A DNA stretch of 63,965 nucleotides, counting the filler, from Lama guanicoe (Eukaryota): assembly GCA_013239625.1 (NCBI GenBank). It is 190 parts of 190 records of this genome, joined end to end, with 100 filler letters (N's around TTAATTAATTAA, not from the genome) between each part and the next. Parts side by side here need not be neighbours in the genome. Positions count along the whole stretch, not along the records: positions 39,093 to 39,329 come from PNXV01045672.1; positions 39,430 to 39,666 come from PNXV01045673.1; positions 39,767 to 40,003 come from PNXV01045674.1; positions 40,104 to 40,340 come from PNXV01045675.1; positions 40,441 to 40,677 come from PNXV01045676.1; positions 40,778 to 41,014 come from PNXV01045677.1; positions 41,115 to 41,351 come from PNXV01045678.1; positions 41,452 to 41,688 come from PNXV01045679.1; 182 more parts are not named here. The stretch is one strand, 5' to 3'. Positions 39,093 to 52,252 of this stretch are shown piece by piece. Made by a program: the position numbers and the translations under genes. Under the pieces are notes generated by a model, which saw only the letters and a program-made list of their open reading frames with translations, was not told the origin of the DNA and ran no database searches. The stretch's first letter is position 1. The number at the start of each line of letters is the position of its first letter.

Positions 39093-39329
39093 ACATGAAG
39101 GTGTTTAAAAAATTCAACTGAATACATACGAAGATCTAATTGGCTTTATTAAATGATTCACGAATCAGGCAGCATCCTGTGCAGCAGAGAGTTCCCTGAG
39201 GAGCTGGACAAATGGATGGTTTTATAGGCAGAAGGAGGAGGGGGTAAGGAAAGGGCGGATGACATCATCTTCCTTAGTCGGGTGGAAGGGGCCTGTGTGG
39301 CAGGTGACCTCACTGGTGCTGACCAGAAA
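39093..39329 (-). mobile_element. ERV LTR fragment
   Basis: Reverse-strand AATAAA (tttatt) and TATA (ttttata) in LTR order; gatctaattggctttattaaatgattcacgaatcaggcagcatc motif. Confidence 0.5.
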
Positions 39330-39854
39330 NNNNNNNNNNNNNNNNNNNNNNNNNNNNNNNNNNNNNNNNNNNNTTAATTAATTAANNNNNNNNNNNNNNN
39401 NNNNNNNNNNNNNNNNNNNNNNNNNNNNNAACAAAAAGATGAGTTTAAATTGTATCAAAATGTTTTGAGACAAAAAAATAAAAATTAGGTAGTGGCTAGA
39501 CTCCTGTTTAAATGCTTATGCCTGGAGACTGATGCTATATTGCATTTAAATGGCGCATGAGAAAATACAAGAAAAGAAAACAATTTTCATGGCATTGTGA
39601 CAGAATCATTTGAAAATTTAAAGCAAAACACCTCTTTAATTAAAACCTTTTCCCTGAATACAGGCANNNNNNNNNNNNNNNNNNNNNNNNNNNNNNNNNN
39701 NNNNNNNNNNTTAATTAATTAANNNNNNNNNNNNNNNNNNNNNNNNNNNNNNNNNNNNNNNNNNNNTGCTACAATAAAGCTACTTATAATATTGTGTATT
39801 GCTATAACATATAGTTTAGTGGTATGTATTGCATACTGAATAAATGTACTGTAT

Positions 39855-40003
39855 ATTGATATAATTCACACATCATACAATTCAGCCATTTACAGTGTAC
39901 CATTCAGTGATTTTTTAGTGTATTCCCAGAGTTGTACAGTCATCACCACAGTTTATTTTAGAGCATTTTCATCACCCCAGCAAAGAGCCTGGTACCCATC
40001 AGC
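39855..40003 (-). mobile_element. LINE-1 (L1MB/ME) 3' end
   Basis: gatataattcacacatcatacaattca...cagagttgtacagtcatcaccaca...cattttcatcacccca. Confidence 0.8.
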
Positions 40004-40175
40004 NNNNNNNNNNNNNNNNNNNNNNNNNNNNNNNNNNNNNNNNNNNNTTAATTAATTAANNNNNNNNNNNNNNNNNNNNNNNNNNNNNNNNNNNNNNNNN
40101 NNNGGCTGTGCAGAATAGAAGTGTGAAGCAGTAAGAGAGGTTAATATACATACATATATATATATGTATATTATG

Positions 40176-40207
<32 letters not shown>

Positions 40208-40440
40208 CACTTTTTTAATATTTATTTGTTTTGGAGTAAAAGAGATAGTCTCGCGAATCTGAGAGTACACTGGTCATGATGTGTGCTGTTAGCCATGTTT
40301 TCTTTTTTTTTTAGCTCTCCACCTTTGGGATCATGGTGGANNNNNNNNNNNNNNNNNNNNNNNNNNNNNNNNNNNNNNNNNNNNTTAATTAATTAANNNN
40401 NNNNNNNNNNNNNNNNNNNNNNNNNNNNNNNNNNNNNNNN

Positions 40441-40677
40441 CATCCTCACCAAAATTTGTTTTCTGTTTCTAAAGATATGGCAACCATATCAATGTGTGTG
40501 AAATATATCTCATTTCCTTAATGAATAATGGTGATGAGCACCTTTTCAGGTACTTAATGGCCATTTATCTCTGTTATTTGGAGAAGGTCTTTTCAAGTCC
40601 TTGACTATTTTTGAATTGAGCTCTTTGTTTTTTGTTTTTGTTGTTGCTGAGTTAAAGGGTTCTTTATATATTCTGAA
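40441..40677 (-). mobile_element. LINE-1 ORF2 fragment
   Basis: catcctcaccaa...tgatgagcaccttttca...ggagaaggtcttttcaagtcctt...ttctttatatattctg. Confidence 0.85.
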
Positions 40678-42946
40678 NNNNNNNNNNNNNNNNNNNNNNN
40701 NNNNNNNNNNNNNNNNNNNNNTTAATTAATTAANNNNNNNNNNNNNNNNNNNNNNNNNNNNNNNNNNNNNNNNNNNNTTGAAATTAATCCGTCTCAACCT
40801 TCTGTCCCACTGTCACTCTCCGCGCCCCGCCCCCACCTCTATTATCACAGCAACTTTCTGCCCCTTTTGTCCTCCACATTGAAGTAGGAATGTCAGACGT
40901 TCCGAGCCGAACGGTACACGCACGTGTGCAGGAATCACAGGCAGCACCCGCTCTGGGCTCTGGCCTGACTTGTTCATTCTCGATTTCTTTCCAAGAAAAA
41001 TACAAGGATACAGGNNNNNNNNNNNNNNNNNNNNNNNNNNNNNNNNNNNNNNNNNNNNTTAATTAATTAANNNNNNNNNNNNNNNNNNNNNNNNNNNNNN
41101 NNNNNNNNNNNNNNATGCCCTCTCCTCCTCCAGAGCAGCCAGGGGCAGACTTGGGAATTCCCTAATGGAGGCCAGCCCCTCCCTTTAAGGGACCTGGAGA
41201 CCGAGCCAGGCTTCTGGGGAGCCTGGGGTTCTCCTAGATGCTGAGCTGGGGTACCAGGTGGACCCCACCCCCTCCCAGAGCAGATACCTGCCTTCAGCTT
41301 CAGTCCTCTAAGCCCCTTTCCCCACAGGTTGGCTCAACTCACAGACACACANNNNNNNNNNNNNNNNNNNNNNNNNNNNNNNNNNNNNNNNNNNNTTAAT
41401 TAATTAANNNNNNNNNNNNNNNNNNNNNNNNNNNNNNNNNNNNNNNNNNNNCTGGACTTCATGAGTAGGCTGAGTTTGAGCAAAGATGTGCACTTACAAA
41501 ACCATATGATGAGATGACCTTTCAAAATGCTTTTCACACTCTTGGTGTTCCCACTCTTCTCAAGTTTCTATTTTCAATCCTGAAGGATTTTGTTTTGCTT
41601 CGGCAAATTCATATTTAATGGGCGGTATTAACACCATCACCCATGTCACTTGTCACTTGGCTTAGTCATATTGGCAGACAGATTTTTTNNNNNNNNNNNN
41701 NNNNNNNNNNNNNNNNNNNNNNNNNNNNNNNNTTAATTAATTAANNNNNNNNNNNNNNNNNNNNNNNNNNNNNNNNNNNNNNNNNNNNCTGTGATATCCC
41801 CTTGCAGTCTGACTTCTAAAAACAAAAAAGGCAGAACTGATTGGTTTTGAAGACCTGTGACTGTTTCATCCAAAGTCATTGCCTAAAATCAGAAAGGCAT
41901 CCTGCCTTGGGGACCTGGAATTCTGCACTTCCACCCCGAGCTCAGCCAGAGGTCTGGAATTCTCACATAAACATTCTTCACAGGAAAAGATGCTCAACGT
42001 AAATTGTCATGAGGGAAAAAAAAAANNNNNNNNNNNNNNNNNNNNNNNNNNNNNNNNNNNNNNNNNNNNTTAATTAATTAANNNNNNNNNNNNNNNNNNN
42101 NNNNNNNNNNNNNNNNNNNNNNNNNAAAGCACATTTTCATGTTGACAAGCCTTCAGATTCTGCTTCACTCTCAGACAGTTTTCCTTCCCTCCCAAAGGGC
42201 AGGGATTTCATTCAAACAGCCAACAGAGCAACAAACTGTTCGCTCCTGTGGTGGATTGTTTCTAATGCTTAATTCTTTAAAATATACTAATTCTTCTTTA
42301 GTAATTTACTTACTCTTTCTTACAGTCTTTCAAAACATTTTTTTATGTCTGCTAAGTGCACTNNNNNNNNNNNNNNNNNNNNNNNNNNNNNNNNNNNNNN
42401 NNNNNNTTAATTAATTAANNNNNNNNNNNNNNNNNNNNNNNNNNNNNNNNNNNNNNNNNNNNCTCTTAGCTCCATGGATTTCCTCCCACCTTCCTGGCTG
42501 TTGTATGAACCATGAGAAACCAGCTTCTGAGCTACTTCCCTCCCAGTGTATCACTGCTGGTTCTGTCCTGTTGTCCTGTTTTCCTGTTGGTCTCGGTCTT
42601 TTCCTCTGTCATGTCCAGTCTTGTCTCTAAAGTTCTCCTGAGACTCTGATGTTCTATGTCTGTCTGACCCTCCCCAGCCCTGCCTGCCAAGTTCACAAAN
42701 NNNNNNNNNNNNNNNNNNNNNNNNNNNNNNNNNNNNNNNNNNNTTAATTAATTAANNNNNNNNNNNNNNNNNNNNNNNNNNNNNNNNNNNNNNNNNNNNG
42801 TATTTCTACCATGTCTAGCTGCTATTTGAGAAGTTTCCTGCAGCCAAGCTGTCATTGTTTGCAGGCTGACTGTGTGGTTTTGGTGGGGGGACAGAAGTGG
42901 GTATGTATCACAAGTACAGTTGAAGATTTTTGTCTATTTATTTAAT

Positions 42947-43036
42947 TATGGCAGATAGGATGGTCCCCAAAATGCCTAACACAAATCCTACCAGTTATTC
43001 AATCAAATACAAACCTAGGTATTAATGAAAAGGCAT
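42947..43036 (+). mobile_element. MaLR LTR (MLT1E-like) 5' end
   Basis: gttattcaatcaaatacaaacctaggta. Confidence 0.5.
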
Positions 43037-44821
43037 NNNNNNNNNNNNNNNNNNNNNNNNNNNNNNNNNNNNNNNNNNNNTTAATTAATTAANNNNNNNN
43101 NNNNNNNNNNNNNNNNNNNNNNNNNNNNNNNNNNNNCCCAATTTCTCCTTGTACCTTAGGATATAAACTTGAGACACAAATAGTTTTACTGAAAACTTGT
43201 TACACTGCCAATAGGCCAAGATGGCAACAGGATTTCAGCCACGGAAGAAGCTCTTTGATGTCATGGGTTGAGCAGAACCATGACTTGCCCTTAACTTTCT
43301 GCTAGCTTGATCAGCAAGCCACTGGAAAAGAGGGAAGAAAACTCAAATCTCCTGTATAATGTAGTGGGGGGGGNNNNNNNNNNNNNNNNNNNNNNNNNNN
43401 NNNNNNNNNNNNNNNNNTTAATTAATTAANNNNNNNNNNNNNNNNNNNNNNNNNNNNNNNNNNNNNNNNNNNNGTTTTTGACTATTAAGCCAGTCAAGTA
43501 ACAGATGAAGAAAGGAATTATGAAAATGTAAACCAAATGCAGACTTAACATCCATGGCAATAAAACTTTAAATAACAGTGCACATTTTCTGTACATCAGT
43601 AATGAAGGCTTGGGGTATGAAAACACGTCCATATTTCAAATTGAAATAATTAAAACCTCCAACCTTTCAATATTTTTCACAACTTTTCCTTAAATTTTGA
43701 GATACCTTAANNNNNNNNNNNNNNNNNNNNNNNNNNNNNNNNNNNNNNNNNNNNTTAATTAATTAANNNNNNNNNNNNNNNNNNNNNNNNNNNNNNNNNN
43801 NNNNNNNNNNATGTCAATTAAAAAACTGTCTAGAAGAACAAAGATTTAGACAACAATAGGCCCAATATATATCAATCCAAATCCCTGCATCCTGTTAAAA
43901 GATAAAGAATCCTTTTAGAAATGGGAGGATGATCAGGAGGGAACAGTTCTATCCTTCATCAGATTTTAGTTGCATTTACAATCTACTTTAACAATAGATA
44001 TTAAGAGTGTTTCTAGAAAAATGAAACAAAGATATTATCGTAACTTTNNNNNNNNNNNNNNNNNNNNNNNNNNNNNNNNNNNNNNNNNNNNTTAATTAAT
44101 TAANNNNNNNNNNNNNNNNNNNNNNNNNNNNNNNNNNNNNNNNNNNNAAAATTAAATGTTTTCTAAACCAGGTCCTGGGGCTTGCACAGTAATGTATCAG
44201 AAGAAAGTGAGCTACCCCTAGTGACCCCACTTCTTAAAAAAATTAACTTGAAAGAGAGAAACCTCATTGACTTACTTCCTCCATAACGAGATGGCTTATG
44301 CTAGGAAACAAACAATAGACTTTGTTAATGTGGCATCATCATGTCCCCAGAAGGGTACAAGAATTACATTTCCTCTATGGAAAANNNNNNNNNNNNNNNN
44401 NNNNNNNNNNNNNNNNNNNNNNNNNNNNTTAATTAATTAANNNNNNNNNNNNNNNNNNNNNNNNNNNNNNNNNNNNNNNNNNNNGTCATTTTAAAGATGA
44501 GGAGACTAAAGCATAAAGAATTTAAATAACTTAGTTCATATAATTCCCAGATGTTTTGAGTTGGAATTTGCATTCATGCCATGTGACAGCAGTATCTGTG
44601 ATTTCTGTCATGTGCTGAAGCTATTCTTAATTTCTTATGCAAAATAGTTCAATATGGACTTAAATAAACCCAGTACATTCTAATTTATATGGTTTGTAGA
44701 ACTTCAGAATATCATTGAATGNNNNNNNNNNNNNNNNNNNNNNNNNNNNNNNNNNNNNNNNNNNNTTAATTAATTAANNNNNNNNNNNNNNNNNNNNNNN
44801 NNNNNNNNNNNNNNNNNNNNN

Positions 44822-45058
44822 AGAGACCAAGCAACACTCGGAAGGTAGGAAAACTCAGGTTAATTATGCCAGGGGTGCCCAGAGGAGTTAACACTCCAAG
44901 GTCTGGACCGCCTCTGTAGGTTTACACAAGCTTTTATAGGGTTTTAGGTTTCAATTAACTTTGTGTCATATGCAAATGAGGTGTTAGAAATGGACCAATC
45001 AGGAGTGACCTTTTGGGAACCAATGGAATTTTAGGGGTAAGTTTCATTTTCCTAGAAG
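44822..45058 (-). mobile_element. ERV LTR fragment with TATA, octamer and CCAAT motifs
   Basis: cttttatag (TATAAAAG on minus strand), atgcaaat, gaccaatcag, aaccaatgg. Confidence 0.55.
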
Positions 45059-45158
45059 NNNNNNNNNNNNNNNNNNNNNNNNNNNNNNNNNNNNNNNNNN
45101 NNTTAATTAATTAANNNNNNNNNNNNNNNNNNNNNNNNNNNNNNNNNNNNNNNNNNNN

Positions 45159-45395
45159 AATTCAAGAGTGGGCCATAATTGAGTAAAAGTAGATTTATTT
45201 AGAGAGAGGCACACTCTATAGATGGAGAGTGGGCCATCTCAGAAGACCAGAGAGGTAAGAGGTTTGTGGAGATGAGAGGGTTAAAACAGAAGTAGATACA
45301 CATTCCATCGACAGAGTGCAGGCTGCCTCAGATGGAGAGAGAGAGCGCTCGAGACTGAGAGGTGCAGTGTTGCTAGTTTTTATATGCTAACAAGT
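45159..45395 (-). mobile_element. ERV LTR fragment
   Basis: aattcaagagtg...gtaaaagtagatttatttagagaga...tgggccatctcagaag; internal ~95-bp degenerate duplication; ttttata near the end. Confidence 0.55.
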
Positions 45396-45617
45396 NNNNN
45401 NNNNNNNNNNNNNNNNNNNNNNNNNNNNNNNNNNNNNNNTTAATTAATTAANNNNNNNNNNNNNNNNNNNNNNNNNNNNNNNNNNNNNNNNNNNNGTTTT
45501 TATTGAATGAACAGAAGTCATCCGGGTGTGCCACAGATCTGATGGTTAGTGTGGGAAGTTTATCAGGGAGTGTTCTCAGGATCAACACCTGCAGGGGTTG
45601 AAGGGACCAGGACTACA

Positions 45618-45732
45618 CCATGGTTCTCCCCTGGGGAAGATTTTGTACCCCAGGATTTATTTTGCAACATCTGGAGATATCCGGGCATCTAGTGAGTAGA
45701 GGCCAAGGATGCTGTTAAATATTCTGCAACAC
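45618..45732 (+). mobile_element. MER20 (hAT-Charlie) fragment
   Basis: tggttctc...gattttg.acccca...ggcatctagtgagtagaggccaaggatgctgttaaa. Confidence 0.75.
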
Positions 45733-46506
45733 NNNNNNNNNNNNNNNNNNNNNNNNNNNNNNNNNNNNNNNNNNNNTTAATTAATTAANNNNNNNNNNNN
45801 NNNNNNNNNNNNNNNNNNNNNNNNNNNNNNNNCTGGAAGAAATCAAGACAGCGATGCTGAATTACCCTTCCTGAACCTCGAACACTACCACAGCAGAATC
45901 CATTTGGGAACTTCAGGTTTGAAAAACTTTCCACACCAACACTGCTGCCACTTCATGCTTTCAAGAAATCTTACTCAGGAGAGAACCACTGGCACCGCGG
46001 AAGGTGCTGATGCTAAGCCTTCAGCGGGAAACAAAGGTGAAGGGCTGAAGAGAGACAATGATACAGGGTNNNNNNNNNNNNNNNNNNNNNNNNNNNNNNN
46101 NNNNNNNNNNNNNTTAATTAATTAANNNNNNNNNNNNNNNNNNNNNNNNNNNNNNNNNNNNNNNNNNNNTCTAAGTGTAGGTCCAAGAGGGCTCTCCTGT
46201 GCATATGTAACCAACTTACGTCATGAGCTTGACCATAGGAACAGCTTTATTTTGTCTCTTCATTGCCTTAAACCTCACTCTTTTGAAGTCCTCTTTCTGC
46301 CCTTGGATGGCATTTCAGGGATATACTCCAATTTAGGAGTCACTTTCAGATACTAAAAGGTCCGATCCAATCTAAATCGAAAATTTAATTTTACATTCAA
46401 TTTAAANNNNNNNNNNNNNNNNNNNNNNNNNNNNNNNNNNNNNNNNNNNNTTAATTAATTAANNNNNNNNNNNNNNNNNNNNNNNNNNNNNNNNNNNNNN
46501 NNNNNN

Positions 46507-46743
46507 TTAAGTGTTTGGTTCAGTGGCATAAGTACATGGACACTGTTGTGCAGCCGTCTTCACCGTCCTTGTCCAGAACTCCAACTCTATACCTGTTAAA
46601 CACTAACTTCCTACACACCCCACCCCCTGGTCACCACTGCTTTACTTTCTGTCTCTGTGTATGTGACCACTCTAGATACCTCCTATAAGTGGAGTCATAT
46701 CATATTTGATCTTTTGTGACTGGCTTATTTCACTTAACATAAT
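46507..46743 (-). mobile_element. LINE-1 (L1MB-like) 3' fragment
   Basis: ctttctgtctct...tataagtggagtcata...cttttgtgactggcttatttcacttaacataat. Confidence 0.9.
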
Positions 46744-47184
46744 NNNNNNNNNNNNNNNNNNNNNNNNNNNNNNNNNNNNNNNNNNNNTTAATTAATTAAN
46801 NNNNNNNNNNNNNNNNNNNNNNNNNNNNNNNNNNNNNNNNNNNTTTCAATATGTTAACACTGAAATATAGACACTTTTCTTTTACAAATGTATCCTAAGA
46901 AGATAATCACACATATTCTCCAAAATAGATATTCAGGGATGCACCTTGAATTGTGGTTTATAGAAGCAAAGAGTGGAAGCACTCTAAATGTTACAATCAC
47001 TGTAATGATGGTCACTATGAACAGAGGAGCTCTGACTATGTCTCAGGCAGTCATTCCATGTGATTTACATACAGGGTCAANNNNNNNNNNNNNNNNNNNN
47101 NNNNNNNNNNNNNNNNNNNNNNNNTTAATTAATTAANNNNNNNNNNNNNNNNNNNNNNNNNNNNNNNNNNNNNNNNNNNNCTCA

Positions 47185-47373
47185 GAGCACCTGGCAAAGG
47201 CTCTGCACGGACTACCTGAGGATCGGATCTCCGATGTCATCCAGACACTGGTGGAGCTCTCCCAGGATGGGACCAGCTACAGTGGGGACTTACTCTCCAC
47301 CATTGACATCCTGAGGAACATGACTGAGATCTTCTAGAGGGTGTATGACAGCCCAGCCCCCGGGGAAGTGCAG
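47185..47373 (+). pseudogene. ADGRB1: Duplicated (unprocessed) ADGRB1/BAI1 exon with an in-frame stop
   Basis: [62 protein letters not shown]|gtgggc versus BAI1 [66 protein letters not shown] at 47335-47337. Confidence 0.85.
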
Positions 47374-49878
47374 GTGGGCACCCAGGGGGGCGGTCCTCAA
47401 CTCCAGCCTTAGACTGTNNNNNNNNNNNNNNNNNNNNNNNNNNNNNNNNNNNNNNNNNNNNTTAATTAATTAANNNNNNNNNNNNNNNNNNNNNNNNNNN
47501 NNNNNNNNNNNNNNNNNAGAACCAGTCACTCCTGCTGTGAGGAGGTAGAGATGAGAGGGTTCCCTGCACCCACATGGGCTTAGGTTGAGAGGGTGGGGCT
47601 GCAGGGAGGGTGGGGGGTGGCTGGAATGACCTTTCTCCTCTGCTCCCCTCTCCTGCATCCCCTCTGGCTGGATTTGCAGATCCTTCCCTGACAGACGGGG
47701 TTGGGGAGGGGTGAGGTCAGAGAGGCCCAGAGTGGGGATGATCTCTATGGCCACNNNNNNNNNNNNNNNNNNNNNNNNNNNNNNNNNNNNNNNNNNNNTT
47801 AATTAATTAANNNNNNNNNNNNNNNNNNNNNNNNNNNNNNNNNNNNNNNNNNNNATTAATCGCTTTTCATTTGTTTTCTCATTTTGTCTTTATCACAGTT
47901 CCATAAGGAGGTGTTCTCCCCATTTTTCAAATGAATAGGCTGAATTTCAGCCCACATTTACCTAATTTTGAAATTCAGTCCCTTAAGCCCTAATGACAGA
48001 ACCTTCAAGGAGGGTTTTCTACTACTGTTTTGTAACTACCATCCCATTCTTTGGAAGGGGCAGAATGCTGTCTTGAAACCCACGCAATGGGNNNNNNNNN
48101 NNNNNNNNNNNNNNNNNNNNNNNNNNNNNNNNNNNTTAATTAATTAANNNNNNNNNNNNNNNNNNNNNNNNNNNNNNNNNNNNNNNNNNNNTCCCATGTT
48201 CTTACATATTCTAATTGTAATAAAGCAAATATAGACTTGCCCACAATTATGACACATTTTGGGATATGTTAATAGCAAACCCAGTCTTGAAACTCCCTGG
48301 GCAAAACACTAGCATTGTTTCTGCCAGGATAAAACCTGTTTTCTCTTGAGGGATAATGTCAATGATGGCCAAGCTCAAAAAAAATTCTAAAAAATAAGAC
48401 TCAGGCCACTTAATTTTATATATATATANNNNNNNNNNNNNNNNNNNNNNNNNNNNNNNNNNNNNNNNNNNNTTAATTAATTAANNNNNNNNNNNNNNNN
48501 NNNNNNNNNNNNNNNNNNNNNNNNNNNNAAAAAAGAAGCAATAAATCTGCTTGACTTTTGCCCCGGAGGAAGACTGGGCAATATACAAATCTCCCTGTGC
48601 CCCAGATGGAGACACCGCCTCTTATCTTCCAAGGCTGTTTCCCATAAAAACATCTGGGCAAACAGTGTGTAGCCCTCAGTTCCTCGCTCCCGACACGCAG
48701 TAAAGCAACAGACCCAATGAAAAGTGTCCCCGCAAAACTCTTCTCTCCACCTGGAACGTGTAAGGTNNNNNNNNNNNNNNNNNNNNNNNNNNNNNNNNNN
48801 NNNNNNNNNNTTAATTAATTAANNNNNNNNNNNNNNNNNNNNNNNNNNNNNNNNNNNNNNNNNNNNTAATTCTATCTGCTCTGTTGGAAAGATCTGGGAG
48901 GTACCAATACCTAATATGTGAGGTCTAAATGTATGTCATTGTATTTGTCACTGACCCTGATTTACCCAAGATTTATTCAACTGTACCAAAGGCATAATTC
49001 TCTCCAGCCTGCCTGGTGATATTCAGACATGACTCCTCTGTACTGAACCACATTCAGTTCATCTTATGACACAAGAGGAACCCCTATGCAACAAGATTGT
49101 CATNNNNNNNNNNNNNNNNNNNNNNNNNNNNNNNNNNNNNNNNNNNNTTAATTAATTAANNNNNNNNNNNNNNNNNNNNNNNNNNNNNNNNNNNNNNNNN
49201 NNNGGTGACCTGGCTTTTCTCAGGGATGCAGATAAAGCCTATGGCTAGAGGAATATCTAACAGGGCACCTGAAACAGTCTCAGGCTGGAATGAAGCAACA
49301 GGGTGTGGCAGATTCCAAGGGCAGACAAGGTCAAGGCAAAGTCTAAGAGAGGGGAAGGTCTTAATCTGAAGCTGCGGGGTGGGTGGAAGGCATTCAAGGT
49401 CAGAGCTGGCTGTCCCCAGAAGAGCCTGCGTGTGTGTGTGNNNNNNNNNNNNNNNNNNNNNNNNNNNNNNNNNNNNNNNNNNNNTTAATTAATTAANNNN
49501 NNNNNNNNNNNNNNNNNNNNNNNNNNNNNNNNNNNNNNNNTCTGATTTTCACTTGGAAAACTGAGGAGAGGAACCCAGGCAAAGCTGGGTGGAGCCCGGA
49601 ACAGCTCCCACAGGGGTTGGAAATGTAGAACAGAAATGCTAGGTCTCTGGATGTCCTCGCCTAGTGACAGTGTTTGTTCCTGAAAGCCTGGCCTGACGAA
49701 CATGGGGAATCTGAATCACTGGGGCCTAGAAAAAAATTGGATCTCTTTTACACAGCTGTAGAGGGAGAACATGGGTCANNNNNNNNNNNNNNNNNNNNNN
49801 NNNNNNNNNNNNNNNNNNNNNNTTAATTAATTAANNNNNNNNNNNNNNNNNNNNNNNNNNNNNNNNNNNNNNNNNNNN

Positions 49879-50116
49879 TAAATAAATAAACAATTAGAAA
49901 AACTAAGTAAAAGAGATACATTATCAAAAAATAATGGCAGAACGCAGAGGATTTTTAGGTCAGTGAAAATCTGTATGATACTATAGAGATGGGTACATGT
50001 TACTGTACACCTGTCTAAACCCACAGTATATACAAAACCAAGAGTGAACCTTAAGGTGAACTATGGATTTTGGGTGATTATGATGCATCAGTGTAGATTC
50101 ATCCTTGGTAAAAAAT
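49879..50116 (+). mobile_element. LINE-1 (L1MC-like) 3' fragment
   Basis: gaggatttttaggtcagtgaaaa...caccaagagtgaaccttaa-like block...gtgaactatgga. Confidence 0.8.
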
Positions 50117-51230
50117 NNNNNNNNNNNNNNNNNNNNNNNNNNNNNNNNNNNNNNNNNNNNTTAATTAATTAANNNNNNNNNNNNNNNNNNNNNNNNNNNN
50201 NNNNNNNNNNNNNNNNTCTCAGAACCAGACTCGGGACTATGAGAGCCCGACAAGGTTGATGTTCTTTGGTCCAGGACACTCAGGCCCAACGGGGACAAGG
50301 GTCACACGGCTGGCCAATGAGAGCGGACTAGCCTGCTGGCCTAACGCTTAACCAGTGGAATTTTCTTTCATCCCCCAGATGTTTGCACTTTTTTGTTGGT
50401 CATTTTGTTTATTGTTATTTTTTTGTTTGCAGTCTCAGTGTTTTAACACTAACGNNNNNNNNNNNNNNNNNNNNNNNNNNNNNNNNNNNNNNNNNNNNTT
50501 AATTAATTAANNNNNNNNNNNNNNNNNNNNNNNNNNNNNNNNNNNNNNNNNNNNTCATGTGGTTAACTCTTTAACACAATATAACAAAGTTATAATGGTA
50601 TTTACCATCCTAATCAATTCAACGAATGATGGAGAAAATTCAAGGAACATGTTAATCATCATGTTATTCAAGAGAAAACGCCTGGAAAGCATTGAAAAGT
50701 ACAACAGTATGGGAGACAAAATAGTAATAAAGGTATATTTATTCAATCATGCTGCAAATAAAAATTACAGGCTCAAATTTCTACCATTAAAANNNNNNNN
50801 NNNNNNNNNNNNNNNNNNNNNNNNNNNNNNNNNNNNTTAATTAATTAANNNNNNNNNNNNNNNNNNNNNNNNNNNNNNNNNNNNNNNNNNNNTTGAACCC
50901 TAGAGATTCAATTTCCAAAGCTCCTCATTAACCAAGCAATTAGTTGTCATTGTGATCTCAGGACAGTGCAAATTCCTAAAACTAAGACTTTAAATGGGAG
51001 GAATTCTGGATGGCTTCTTCGCTTACTTTGCAAGGCTAAGTGTCCACTTTTCAGGGAGAAACACAAATGTTTTTCATAAAATCTCGGTATATTTAGTTAA
51101 ATTTGACGCAGTAGCTAATAGGTGGAGATGNNNNNNNNNNNNNNNNNNNNNNNNNNNNNNNNNNNNNNNNNNNNTTAATTAATTAANNNNNNNNNNNNNN
51201 NNNNNNNNNNNNNNNNNNNNNNNNNNNNNN

Positions 51231-51468
51231 TGCTGATACTGGAGAAGAGGATCTTGAGGTCACCCTCCATCGTGGAGGGCGGGATATTGGAGATGGCAGG
51301 GAGCAGAGGGTGGTAGGTAATTCTGCCAGGCTTCTTGACGCAGTACAGGGGCAAGTCCTTGACGAGGCCCTGGTCCTCCTGGCCCTCATGAGGCAGCTGC
51401 ACGTTCTGCACTGCCCCGCGGGCTGCGCACCGGCTTCCCGGGCAGCTCGTGTGGGTTGAGGGCACTGA
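51231..51468 (-). pseudogene. PTBP1: Processed pseudogene of PTBP1 (RRM3-RRM4 junction)
   Basis: LNPHELPGKPVR..(frameshift)..QNVQLPHEGQEDQGLVKD..PLYCVKKPG..ISNIPPSTMEGDLKILFSS versus PTBP1 LNGHKLHGKPIR..QNVQLPREGQEDQGLTKDYGNSPLHRFKKPG..LSNIPPSVSEEDLKVLFSS; deletions and a frameshift. Confidence 0.88.
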
Positions 51469-51906
51469 NNNNNNNNNNNNNNNNNNNNNNNNNNNNNNNN
51501 NNNNNNNNNNNNTTAATTAATTAANNNNNNNNNNNNNNNNNNNNNNNNNNNNNNNNNNNNNNNNNNNNCCTGCCCCGATATGCCCATCACCCTCTCCAAG
51601 GACGGCTCACCAGACACCTGGGGCCACAACCACCAGGAAGAGCCCAGCGTGTTGGTGCACAGAGGGTGAAAAAGAAGCCCAGAGTGGGAAAGGAACATGA
51701 TGATGTCACACAGCACAACTGCCACCCTGGGGTCCTCCCTACCAGTCTTGGGCTCCCTGAACTAAGACAGGGTCCTCAAAATGTGTCTACAGATCCTCGT
51801 GTCTGANNNNNNNNNNNNNNNNNNNNNNNNNNNNNNNNNNNNNNNNNNNNTTAATTAATTAANNNNNNNNNNNNNNNNNNNNNNNNNNNNNNNNNNNNNN
51901 NNNNNN

Positions 51907-52144
51907 CTAGTCACCGAAACCGGACCCGCGCAGCGGACCGCCCGGCCACGCCTGTCCCCGCCGCGCGCGGACTCACCCCCGGCGCCGCCGCCGCCGCCCC
52001 CGGCCGTTCCAGCTCCGGCTCCCGAGGCTGCTGCCCGCGGCTGCTGCGGTGGCCGCCCCTGAGTCCTGGAAAGTGAAGCCACCGCCTCCGAGAGCCACCG
52101 CTGCCGCCGCCGCCCGGCCGTCCGGGCGCGCGCCCGCGACTGCG
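51907..52144. promoter_or_regulatory. CpG island / GC-rich first-exon fragment with (GCC)n tracts
   Basis: Very high GC and CpG; gccgccgccgccgcc runs. Confidence 0.7.
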
Positions 52145-52252
52145 NNNNNNNNNNNNNNNNNNNNNNNNNNNNNNNNNNNNNNNNNNNNTTAATTAATTAA
52201 NNNNNNNNNNNNNNNNNNNNNNNNNNNNNNNNNNNNNNNNNNNNCCTCTCAG

